From: Octopus bimaculoides
Taxonomy: Eukaryota
Length of the DNA: 64,000 bases
Direction of reading: 5' to 3'
Assembly: GCF_001194135.2 (NCBI RefSeq)
Contig: NC_068985.1
Span: forward strand, 93,135,685-93,199,684
Positions 27,106-38,710 of this stretch are shown in pieces; the first letter of the stretch is position 1; the number at the start of each line of letters is the position of its first letter. The notes under the pieces are model-generated. The model was not told where the DNA came from. It did not search any database and saw only the letters and a program-made list of their open reading frames with translations. The translations under genes were made by a program, and so were the position numbers.

Positions 27106-28074
27106 CAGTTCCTTCCATTATGGATCCCATGCAACTTGCATGGATCCCATTCCTGCGACCGAAATTACCAAAGATTTTTCATGCACATTCTCACAAACAC
27201 ACATTCGCATACATTTTGGCAAATTAATATCTAGAATTTTCCATGTTTAAATTGTATAATTAACCTGGATTCTTGAACTACATGCCATGGAATTACTGTT
27301 GTTAAATTCTACCAGTAAGATTCAGCGGATCTATTTTCTCTGTAAGTAAATAGAAGAAAGAAAATTACATGCAACCAATTTTCGTTGTTGCATTTCTGAA
27401 CTAACCTTTAAAATTTCCTATAAACTACATTAATATAATCTAATTCTAGGGTGAGACTTGCCTTAAAATATTGTGTGTATTGATCTTCCATATTTCCAAC
27501 ACATTTGCATATTCGAAACATATATATATATATATAAATATACTAACTTATATTTTGTCCTTATATTTTTATGAGATTTTTTCCCTGTATAAACTTACAC
27601 GTGTGACATTTTTTAATGAAAAAATACCATATCTGTTGAAATACATAAAGAAAATATTTCTTGAAGAAAATGTGAGAGAAGGGAAACAGCTCCATTTGTG
27701 AAAGAAATAGAAACAAGTAAATTTCAAGAGGAGACGCGTTCTCAAGTGACTTGTGAAGTATGGAACAGAAAACAAAGAATCATCATCATCATCATCGTCG
27801 TCATCATCATCATCATCATCATCGCCATCATCATCATCATTGTTTGAATGTTCACTTTTCCATGCTTGCCTGCATCAGACAGAGTTTTAACTGAAGCAGA
27901 TTTTCAATGGCTGGATGCCCTACCTGTCACCAACACTCACCTGCTCTGAAGCAAGGTGATATATTTCCCTGTAGCCAAACGTATTTTACAGAATATGGGA
28001 AAAGAATGGCACTGCTTGCAGGATCAGTGATTCTTGCTTACAACCATCACACAATATCAAGATAAGGAAACACA

Positions 28075-28111
<37 letters not shown>

Positions 28112-28261
28112 CCACTGATCAAGCTTTGGTCAGCTTTGGGTTGTAGCATATGACACTTGTCCAACATGCTACGCAATGGGATTGAATCTAAAAATCATGG
28201 GATTGGGAAATAAACTTCACAATGACACAGCCATGCATGCATCGATAATAATGCACTTAAA

Positions 28262-28476
28262 AATAATTAACGTTACACAGTTCTATACTTAAGAGATGAG
28301 GAATTATGTACATTATTCACATTTTTTACATTTGACGGATATTTGTCCTCATCTTGTTTGTTGTTAACACAACGTTTCGGCTGATATACCCTCCAGCCTT
28401 CATCAGGTGTCTTGGGGAAATTTTGAACCTGGGTTCTCATTCCTAAGGTATTTTTTCGATGTTATTATTATTGTTG

Positions 28477-28520
<44 letters not shown>

Positions 28521-28598
28521 GGAATCAAACTCTTGGAATCACTGCTTGGAATCAAACTCAGAATCTTGGGGTTAGTGGCCCACACTCTTAACCACTAC
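28262..28598 (-). mobile_element. tRNA-headed SINE with (AAT)n linker and hammerhead tail (copy 1)
   Basis: Head 28598-28540, (AAT)n 28520-28460, then the tail with an intact hammerhead, ending ...AATTCCTCATCTCTTAAGTATAGAACTGT. Confidence 0.8.
28366..28411 (-). ncRNA. Minimal type I hammerhead ribozyme motif (PLE-type)
   Basis: GACAC-CUGAUGA-A-GGCUG(gaggguauau)CAGCC-GAAAC-GUU^GUGUU. Both core strands are present, with 5-bp stems I and II and a loopless palindromic ACGU stem III. Confidence 0.75.
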
Positions 28599-28610
28599 GT
28601 CACAGCCATA

Positions 28611-29105
28611 TGGTGTAGTGGTTAAGAGTGTGGGCTCCTAACCCCAAGATTCCAAGTTCGATTCCAAGCAGTGACCTGAATAATAATAANNNNNNNNNNN
28701 NNNNNNNNNNNNNATAATAAAAAAATATTCAGACAAATACATAACAAAAACACCAGGACTTACAAATATATATAACACACAGAAAATTGCACTACTGGGC
28801 ACAGCACACATCCTACGCAAAACACTTTCAATATAGTAACCATAAGAGCACCATAGCAAACCACAGCACATACCCAAGGCGCACAGATCTGCGCTCGGTA
28901 GTGAAGTGAAAGCACGTTATAAAAATAAAACTACTGATCAATAATAATAATAATAACATCGAAAAAATATCTTAGGAATGAGAACCCAGGTTCGAAATTT
29001 CCCCAAGACACCTGATGAAGGCTGGAGGGCATATCAGCTGAAATGTGTTAACAACAAAAAAGATAAGGACAAATATCTTTCAAATGTATATAATGTAAAT
29101 AATGT
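28611..29105 (+). mobile_element. tRNA-headed hammerhead SINE (copy 2), interrupted by an R4/Dong-like insertion
   Basis: A-box TGGTGTAGTGG at 28611-28621 and B-box GTTCGATTCC at 28656-28665. The tail has a decayed hammerhead at 29007-29049. Confidence 0.8.
28714..28940 (+). mobile_element. 3' end of an R4/Dong-like RLE non-LTR retrotransposon
   Basis: KYSDKYITKTPGLTNIYNTQKIALLGTAHILRKTLSI* (28723-28836) matches the C-terminal QK..LLGTA.ILRK motif. (TAA)n lies on both sides. Confidence 0.75.
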
Positions 29106-32100
29106 AAATTAATGCTATGGATAACGATCTTGTTAAAAAATTTTATATGCCAGTCCCCTTACAGTTTTTTCAATGATTCGAGGTCCCTTATAAAATGTAG
29201 GATAATCAACATGGCTTCATGTACCATAATTTCCGGACAATGAACCCCACTGCCATAGACCCACAACCCTGAAAACCACAAGTTAATCCAGGTAATATCT
29301 CACAGGGATACAATAAATGCATATGATCAATTGGATACAAATGAGAAGCGAAAAATACCGACAGCACATGCATGTTCAACCGTTATACCCACATATTTTC
29401 CATCGGCTAATCATACTTGTTGTACAACAAGTGTGATTAGAAAATGAATGTGTAGGAGTGATGTGGGTTTTTGAGGCCAATGACAAAAAAGGATGATAGC
29501 ATGCGAAAAATTGAAAATCTTGAAATTTTAAAACTTAACTGTCTCAAGTCACTCTGTTTTCATAATACTTCAGCGTCCCTTCATGGTCCCCCTAAAATCA
29601 ATGGTCTAAAGTATGAATGCATCTAAATTCGAGAATAGAGAATGGCTACAGAATATATCAGGCATATTCCTTCCATAAAATGAACTAACAAACCTTACAT
29701 CTTTACTTTTGTACATGTTTAGCACTAAACTAAAATATAACCAACAGGTATTTGGCTTCTCCAGAATTATAGACTCATTTAAAAAAAAAAAGCAAAATAT
29801 AACAAAATAATCAAACCAGTTCATTCAAGTTTTCAAGGAGACTCGTTAGCAAAATATCTTCCACTTTACGATCAAGGAAGACATAGGGATTTTAAAAAAA
29901 TCTTTCTTTTTACTTCTCTTCTAATTGCAACATAAAAAAAGAAACGGGCATACATAAAGGCTGAGGATGTCATCAAACAATGTTTAATCCATTAGTATTT
30001 AAACTGGCAAAATCTGGCCAAAATATTTTCCACCTGTTTTATGTTCAAACAAACCAGATTGGGCCTCTCACACCTATGGTACAATGTCATTCAAGAAATA
30101 TACAATCACATCATCAAAGTCTCAAATTTAATGCCTGATTAATTCAAAACAATGTCTATAAATTAGAATTATAGTACAATTTAATCTGAATGCTAAAGAT
30201 TTAAAAACCATTTACTATGGAGGGGAAACAAGTAAAAGACAAACCAGTTCATATTTTTTGGTCTAAAGATGCAGTGAATCATTGGTTTACTATAGTTACT
30301 GAAGATCTGCTTCCAGAAATTCCCACCATTTCAATGACAGAATAACCAGTATTAACTGCAAGACCATCCATTAGGAAGGACTCAATATAAAATTAGCTAA
30401 CTTAGGACCTTCCCTTTCTGTTATTAAAACAGGTCCACAGTGACTGGACTCCATATATGCTAACCAACTAATACATTTGTGACATAAGCAAGTACCTACA
30501 TACCTTTGTCATATACCAATAGTGCACCAGCTTCAATGAATACTACATCAGCTGTATGATCCAGCCTTTGCACATCCACATGAAGCAGTAGTTAATAATA
30601 CATGCATGTTATCTCTTTGAAAGCATTATAAAATGTAGAAACATCAATAATGTTATGGCTACTACCCCATTCTAGCCATGAAATATAATGTAGGTAAACT
30701 ACAAATAAAAGAAACAATTCTTATAACAAAATAAAACAGAATTAGGTGTAAGGCTAATATAATCTGATTAAACTACTGCTGCTGATGCCACTGAAATTGT
30801 TGCTATGCTGTTAATACTGCTTCAGTTGCTATGATTACCAACACCACTCTTGTTGCTACTACTACTGCTGTAACCACTAATCCTTCTCCTCTTACTACTA
30901 CTAGTAATACTTCAACCACTTCAACTGCCGCTGCAGATACTATTACTATAGAAGCAAATAAGCCACAATGTTACTTTGACAATTCTTTAAATGTTTTCCT
31001 CTATGGATGGGTATTTTACCCGAAATATTAGGAATTAATAGATTACACATCTTTTGCATTGTAAAAAGCTTTCTATTAAAGTCTGTTTTCACACATAGTC
31101 ATCTGTGTGTTTTTATTGCATATATTTATGCATATACATATAGACCTATTTGTGTACATATGCATGTGTGTATATACATGCATATATATNNNNNNNNNNN
31201 NNNNNNNNNNNNNNNNNNNNNNNNNNNNNNNNNNNNNNNNNNNNNNNNNNNNNNNNNNNNNNNNNNNNNNNNNNNNNNNNNNNNNNNNNNNNNNNNNNNN
31301 NNNNNNNNNNNNNNNNNNNNNNNNNNNNNNNNNNNNNNNNNNNNNNNNNNNNNNNNNNNNNTATATATATTCATACATACATATATATATATATATACAT
31401 ACATACATATGTATACATACATCCATATATATACATATATATATTCATTTATTTATATATATGTGTCTATGTTTAGTGCTGTTCAAGTCTATATCTCTAA
31501 TACAGTCTCAGACTTCATCTCTATTCTTCTAGTTCTTCATTGTTATGTTATTCACTTATTATTTTCACCTTCCAGCAGAATCTCGTTCTCCATAGAATGG
31601 TTTTATATTTTCTTCTTTATATTTTTTTATAATTTCTCTTTTCTTATATATTTTTCTCTCTTTGTTTTTTTTTTTCATTTATTTATCACGTTACCTTTGT
31701 AAATGTAACGCACAGATTTTGTCTTTGTAACGAAATAATGCGCCAACAAGTGACTTTGGCAGATTTCTTTATAAGTCATTTGACTTGCTAATAAACAGTA
31801 ACAAAATTTCACTTCAACAAACTCTCAGCCATCGTTAGAAATGATAGCATAAGATCAAATGAGAGAGAGCTTCTGTATAGTCCTTCATCTTGTTTAATGA
31901 TACAGTCGAACTCTACCCTGACAACCACTAGCTCATAGATATGTTGTCTTCCGTCTCTGGCCACACTCTAACTTCTGGCCACACTCTAACTTCTAGCCCA
32001 CACATCAACTGTGTCATCTCTTTTCATGTTCAACTACTACTACTGTCACCTCTGCTCTCTCTGAGTTATTCTTTCTCGTGCAGCTCAAATGACTTCCGCA

Positions 32101-33663
32101 AATTGTTACTAGCTGGGCTGTGAACGAGCTCAAATTCTCTGGGGCTTAATAGACTGCAAAGAGGTTCTTCATTAAATATCTACCAGTTAGGGGCTCAAGA
32201 GTGACATGCCCCAGCACTTTATCACAAAGCATACAATCTATTTCATCTTGTTTTAGAAACATTATAAGGGCATGTAAAGTAGAATCTCCTTTTGAATTAT
32301 TATTAGTTTATGAGGCCCCATGGGGATAAGCAGTAGGGATGAGTGGTAGGGGATGAGCAGTACCTTCTTATGAGAGATTTCCTGGTTCTCACCAACCTCC
32401 TGTCCTGTTTCACTCCTTTATCTTTTTTCTAAATGATATCTCACCTTCCTTTAATTTCTATCCCCGCATTCCTTTGATTATTGCAGCCCCTGTCTGGCAC
32501 TGTATTGCAAAGGTCTTCCCTCATCCTTTCATGGCTCACAACTCTATGTCAGCCACTGGTGATGATGGCAAGGTGATTTCTTCCACACTTACTATACATG
32601 GAATTGCAACAAGTCAGGCTCCAGAAACATCTTCTGTGGCCATCTGCTGTTGCTGCTTCTCTTGTTGTCCACCTTGTTCTTTCCTTCTCTGCTTTTACCA
32701 GCTTTTCTCAGAAAAAGGTCTTATTGTAGCTTTTGACTCCGCACATGCAGTAATTGTACTTTCTGTCCTGCATCATCAGCCTGACTGCCTTCCTCTCTGC
32801 TTCAGTTAGGGATAGACTAAGACCTCAGAGATCATCAGAGCCAGCATACCAATGCATGCTTACCCACCTCAGTGTGTGAAGTACTAGTGCTAGTGCCATA
32901 TAAAAAGCACTGGTGATGGTCCCACGTAAAAAGCACATGTACTATTGTCATATAATAGGTACCCAGTACATTCTGTAAAGTGGTTGGTTTTTGGAAGAAC
33001 ATTCAGTCATAGAGACCCTGCCAAACCAGACAATTAGAGCTTGGTGTGGCTCCTGGCCTTACCAGCTCCAGTGAAACTGTCCAACCCATATCAACATGGA
33101 AAATGGATGTTAAATGATGATGATGAGGAGGATGAAAATGACCACTATGCTCTTAAAAGACCACAAAGGTGGTTACAAACCAAGGGTCAAGAATAGCATG
33201 AACATCCCAAACTTTCTAAACTCTCTGATGAAGCCCAGAGACACACCCAAGTATCTAAATCTTATCTACCAAATACTTCAGTTCAATGAAGGGATATAAG
33301 TAGATTGGGGTACTTTGGCTTCTTGGCCGAAACAGCTGTATGATATTATCCTATCTTTTGTGATCTACGTTATGTATTTTAACAATTACTGGTATTTTTA
33401 TATATTGTATATGTAAAGCATATTATGCTATACATGTATGTATATTGTTATAATGGTTTAAAAAAAAAAAAAAATAAATAGACATAATATAATGTCTAAA
33501 AGTTGATGAATGCCACCTCTTGATCCCCTCTATTTTCTTATTGCTGTATATATATATATATATGTGTGTGTGTATGTGTGTGTGTGTGTGTGTGTATATG
33601 TTTTAATCAGTTTCAGCTCAAAGCTGTGGCCATGCTGGGGCACTGCCTTTTGCTACACTACTA

Positions 33664-33905
33664 TTATTGAGAGCCTCCTCTGATATGTGGCATTTGATGA
33701 ATAAGGGAGTTTGATGTCGCTGCCCTCATTTGCGCCTCCTGCTGTGAAATAGGCTCATCTGGGACTCTCGACAGGAAGAAAATCAGTTTTGATTTGAAAT
33801 CACCTACAGCCACTTTGTGTAGGTTCCTCAAGCTCTTTGGGAGAATACTAAAAGGCTGTGGGCCCCTGAAACCTAGACTGTTGCAGCAACTGGTCCTGAA
33901 GTGTG
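33664..33905 (-). mobile_element. CR1/L2-like LINE 3' end
   Basis: [21 protein letters not shown]...[14 protein letters not shown]...[10 protein letters not shown], typical of an ORF2 C-terminus. Confidence 0.8.
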
Positions 33906-33918
33906 ACGACATTATACA

Positions 33919-33966
<48 letters not shown>

Positions 33967-34566
33967 AACATATATACTTATATATATATATGTATATAAA
34001 TATGTATGTATGTATGTATGAATGTATATATGTACGTATGTATGTATATATATTTCACAGACACTCAGACTTATGTACGAAGGTCAGAGAGTACTTGACT
34101 GATACTTATTCCATTGACCCTGGATTTTAGAATGTAAAAGGAGGAAAAATTAAATAATATTAGAACAGCTTTTAGTCCATTAATCTTTTATTTCCTGCCA
34201 ACACATTCAATCAGAATAACAACGACAACAACAACAACACACAGACAGAACTATAACAATAAGACATAGTGGTGGTGGTGGGTGTTTGTAGCAATGACGA
34301 TGATGATGGTGATAGTGATGATGATGATAATGATGGGCTGGCAATTATTTCTTTTGATTTAAATATAAAATTCAGTTTTTATCCAAAAACAAACAAAAAA
34401 AATAAAACAAAACAAAACAAAACAAAAGAAAAAGAACAAAATGTAAATAAACGATAATTGTAATTAAATGTTATTGTTTGGTTAAACTAAGATTTTGTGG
34501 TGGATATATTTGTTTATCTTTTTTAAAACAAGGCAAAACATGTTTATTTATATAAAGAGTACTCAC

Positions 34567-34612
<46 letters not shown>

Positions 34613-34662
34613 AGAGAAAGAGGAAAAGAAAGAGAGAGTAAAGCGTTATCACCACAACGTAC

Positions 34663-34860
34663 ATTGTTTAAATCCTAAGTTAACGAACAATAAAATTTAA
34701 TTTAATTCTTGACTGCACAGATCAGCGATTTTTAACTTGTTTTGGTTTATATATCTTTTTCCCCATCCACGGCACACTGAAGAAAGACGCTAAAAAGTAA
34801 TACGAGACGCCATTTTAGCTTTTTTTTTATTTTCCATATAAAAATAAAACGAGTATTGAA
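34663..34860 (-). promoter_or_regulatory. Candidate TSS/first non-coding exon with YY1-like motif
   Basis: AAAATGGCG on the minus strand at 34808-34816, at the start of a CpG-rich region. Possible donor AAT|GTACGT at 34662. Confidence 0.3.
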
Positions 34861-35243
34861 ATTGCTTTAAAACAGCTGAGTTCAAGGAACAGACATGCAC
34901 TGGTGCGGAGTACTAAATATATTGACTTTTTTTTTTTGCTATTTAATATCCTGGCATTTTCTGATTCACTTCAAAATCTCGTGATACACCTGCGGATCAT
35001 ATGCGTCATACAAGTGCGGGATCTCTTCAATTTGGCTCACAGATTTTTTAATTATTATTTTTTAACTAAACAGTTTGAAATTTCGTATACTGGTGTAATT
35101 TCTCACGCTGAACATGGTTTACTTTCAACATTTTGGACAAAATTTCGTATTTTAAAAATTATTTCGTGTTAAAGTTGTCGTATTTGGGTAATTTTAACCA
35201 AATCAACGATGTGTATTCAGCTGAAGACACCTACTGCTGTTTG

Positions 35244-35381
35244 CAATAGTAATTGAATAGCAACAACTTCCAGGCCATCTCTACTAAGTGTATTTTTCAA
35301 CTACTTGTGGATTATTTGGTGTGGTTGAAAAATACATTTAGTAGAGATGACCCGGAAGTTGTTGCTCTTCGATTACTATCG
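35244..35381. repeat. Isolated inverted repeat, ~60-bp arms and 16-nt spacer
   Basis: Arms 35244-35304 and 35321-35381 pair with about 7 mismatches. Confidence 0.85.
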
Positions 35382-35728
35382 CTCAATTACACAATTGCTG
35401 CCTGGACTTGGAATTGAACTCATCATCTTACAACCTTGAGTCAAATATTCTAACCACTAGGACACGTATAAGGAGTGGGAGAAAGTGATAGTGTCGATCT
35501 AGTTGTAAATCAGCTCAACTTCACTATTTCTCTTATCTCTTCATTCTTTGTTGAAGAGCAACAGTTCGAAAACGAAAAGTTAAAATTTCAGTCACCATTT
35601 TTCTTATCTCTCTTACCATCAATTACTTTATCAACTCTCATAGAAACGGTAGGCTAGATCGTTTCTCAGGTCGAGATTTTACAAAAAAAAAAAAAATGTA
35701 GAGTGTTTTTAGCTAATGGACAGTTGAG

Positions 35729-36105
35729 TGGCACTCCGTTGCTTATGACGACGAGGGTTCCAGTTGATCCGATCAACGGAACAGCCTCCTCCTGAAATTA
35801 ACATGCAAGTGACTGAGCACTCTACAGACACGTGTACCCTTAACGTAGTTCTCGGGGAGATTCAGCGTGACACAGAATGTGATAAGGCTGGCCCCTTTGA
35901 AATACAGGTACAACAGAAACTGGAAGAATGAGAGAGAAAGTTGTAGTGAAAGTGTACAGCAGGGTTCGCCAATACTCACTGCCGGAGCCTCGTGGAGCTT
36001 TAGGTCTTTTCGCTCAAGAAACACTCACAACATTCGGTCTGGGAATCGAAACAACGATCCTACGACCGCGAGTCCGTTGCTCTAACCACTGGGCCATTGC
36101 GCCTC
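35729..36105 (-). mobile_element. SINE family B, full length
   Basis: Reverse complement of the 1756-2130 element. Confidence 0.85.
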
Positions 36106-36174
36106 AACGGATAGCTAAGTAGGAAAAGAAAACAAAAAGATATTGAATCAGTTGCACGCCTGATAATATGCTAA

Positions 36175-36345
36175 GCAGTATTTCGTCAGTTTTTACGTTT
36201 TGAGTTCAAATTCCGCTGAGGTCGTCTTAACCTTTTTAATTCTTTCTGGATCGATCAGTCAAGCACTGTGTTCGATGTAATCGACTTACCCTTTCCTCCA
36301 AAAATGCTGGCCTGTGCAAAAATATGAAACCAATTTACATTCTTG
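36175..36345 (+). mobile_element. CORE-like SINE fragment
   Basis: GAGTTCAAATTCCGCTGAGGTCG head and GATCGAT...GTAATCGACT core. Related copies at 37300-37470, 39130-39295 and 42810-42985. Confidence 0.6.
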
Positions 36346-36539
36346 CTAGAAGCACGAACTCCAACCGAATTGAAAGCATGATTATTGCAGTTTACAAAAA
36401 TAACTTTGAATTTCCATCAATAATCTTCGTACGAACGATTTTTATAACCAGTCATAATTATAGCATTGTCACAACACTGCTATGATAGTTTTATAATAGC
36501 ATTTTTTCTTTTATAACTCCATCCCAAATTACTTCCATC

Positions 36540-37290
36540 GTATTTGAAGCATCCTTTCGTTTTAATCAGATAAATCTAAGAAAAGACTCTTGTTACATAC
36601 AAATTTTCTTCTTAAAAACTCAGTTTCCATAAAACGAACTGTTTCTAGCAATTGTTCTCGACGTGCTTTTATCAAGAGTAGAATCAAATAGGCGGCCAGA
36701 ATATTTGACCTTATGAATAAATGTTACATAGCAATTTGTGGTGAACAGTAAAAGTCATCAGCTAAATATATTCATTTTACTCTGACAGAGAGAAATATGC
36801 CATTCTTCTATGGTTTTCCCCCACCCCTCACATTACTGAAATGTGCTTTCATGACAAACTCAAACTTTGCCAATAATTTTCGTAATCCTCCAAAATTTCG
36901 GAAATTGCTTTCCTGTTCCTGTCTATAGGATTCCTTGTCATCACGCAATGCAAGGTTTTCTGTTGGTAAACCATTATGCAATAGAGAATTCCGTGGAGAA
37001 AAACCCGCCATTGTATTTCTGATGTGAATTTCAGTTTAAACTTTTGTATCAATGATTCTCATATTTTCCAACGTTTCTATGGCTCTTTTACCATTTTGCA
37101 AATACTTCAAACACAATAGAAATATTTCTGTCCTTAGGGCATCTGAGAAAATTACATTATTTTATGCATTTCACCAGACTCCAAGAAACCTAGATCGTGA
37201 TGTCGAATCTTTGCCAACACAAGTTGAGCCATGATTTCGTATTTTTCGATATTTCAAAATTTTAACATTTTCTGTCACTTTTAAGGCAGA
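36540..37290 (-). mobile_element. hAT-superfamily transposase remnant (ZMYM1/DUF4371-like N-terminal region)
   Basis: Frameshifted QWRVFLHGILYCI...LALRDDKE...NFGGLRKLLAKFEFVMKAH...LFDSTLDK resembles the hAT segments LAFRG..GNF..LL.LLAKFD..MKEH and ..LDST.D. Confidence 0.55.
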
Positions 37291-37757
37291 TACATTATCA
37301 CGCCGTGCAAAATGCTTAGCGGCATTTCGTCCTTCTTTACTTTCCGAGTTCAAAATTCCGCCGGAGTTGATTTTGGAATAAGTACCACTTGAACACTGAG
37401 GTTGATGAAATCGAGTTGCCCTCTCTACCGAACTTGCTGCTTTGTACCAATAATTTGAAACCAATAGTTTTCTGCCACTTTTAAATACACGACTGCTTTT
37501 TGAGAGGCGCTTGATTCTCTGTCTAACACACGCGTAGACTAGTCTACACTTATTTCTGACACCATTAATTTTGGTGACAGACGAGGTTCTTCAAGAAATG
37601 ACGTTAGAAAACTTGATATCTTTTAGCTTCTGATTCTTGCATTTTCCGTGTCTTCCTGCCCGGTGGTGGGTCAATTTTTCTAAAGTCACTCACAAAATCA
37701 TGCACATACATATATGCATACATCCAACTCTTTCTCTCTTTCTCCCCCTCTCTCTCT

Positions 37758-37803
<46 letters not shown>

Positions 37804-37815
37804 CATACATTCATA

Positions 37816-38710
37816 CGAGGTCTTATCAATAAGTATCCGGGCTGTTGCCATAGTAACGAAGCTAAAGTATGCAGAGTCAAGCCGCTTGGCACAGATTGAC
37901 CTTGGACACTGCTGTGCATGCGCACTAAGTTTTAACGTTCTAGGCCGCTTCCGCTGTGTACAGCAGTGCTTGGAAGCAAGGTATATAGCGTGTGATTGTC
38001 ACATTGACCATGACAGAGAAAATTGTCATGGCGATACCTCCTCAGAGGCCTACGCAAAGTTGCAGAAAGTGTACGGAGAGGAGTGTATGAGACGTGCAGA
38101 AGTGTACGAGTGGTTCAGACATTTCCAAGATGGCCGAAGAAATGTCGATATTGACGAACGTTCTGGGAGACCCGCAACCAGTAGAACTGAGAAAAACATC
38201 GCAGATGTGCGTGCAGCTGTGAGGGGAAATCGTTGAATTACCATCCGTGAGTTATCAGAGGATGTGCAGATTAGTTGCGATTCAGTTCACTCCATTATCA
38301 CTGAAGATTTGGGTATGCGACGCGTGTCCGCCAAGTTTGCGCCAAAACTACTTTCGGTTAACCAAAAAGACCCTCGGGTTTCAGTTGTACAAGATCTCCT
38401 TGATTGTGTCGAGAACAATGAAAACTTTTTGAAAATTTTGCGTAGGCCTCTGAGCAGGTATCGCCAAACATTTGACAAAATTTGGTGCAGATTCACTGCT
38501 CAACTTTCTCTGTCATGGTCAACGCGACAATCTCACGCTACACACATTCCTTCCAAGCACTGCTGTAAACCGTGGAAGTGAACTAGAACGTTAAAATTTA
38601 CTGCGTATGCACAGCAGAGTTCAAGGTCAATCTGTGCCAAGCGGCTTCATTCTGTGTGCTTTAGCCTCGTTACTATGGCAACAGTCCAGATACTTATTGA
38701 TAAGACCACG
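37816..38710 (+). mobile_element. Fold-back mariner derivative (two 5' ends, TA-flanked)
   Basis: TA|CGAGGTCTTATCAATAAGTATC...GATACTTATTGATAAGACCACG|TA. HTH region SEAYAKLQKVYG..VYEWFRHFQDGR..DERSGRP..SAKFAPKLL. 38440-38710 is an inverted copy of the 5' ~240 bp. Confidence 0.85.

Noticed and set aside
28611-28680. tRNA gene (also the heads at 1756, 5852 and 60925)
   Set aside because: A/B boxes are present, but there is no complete acceptor stem or terminator, and each runs into a repeat body; these are SINE heads.
30780-30960. Thr-rich mucin-like ORF
   Set aside because: Degenerate (CTA)n microsatellite.
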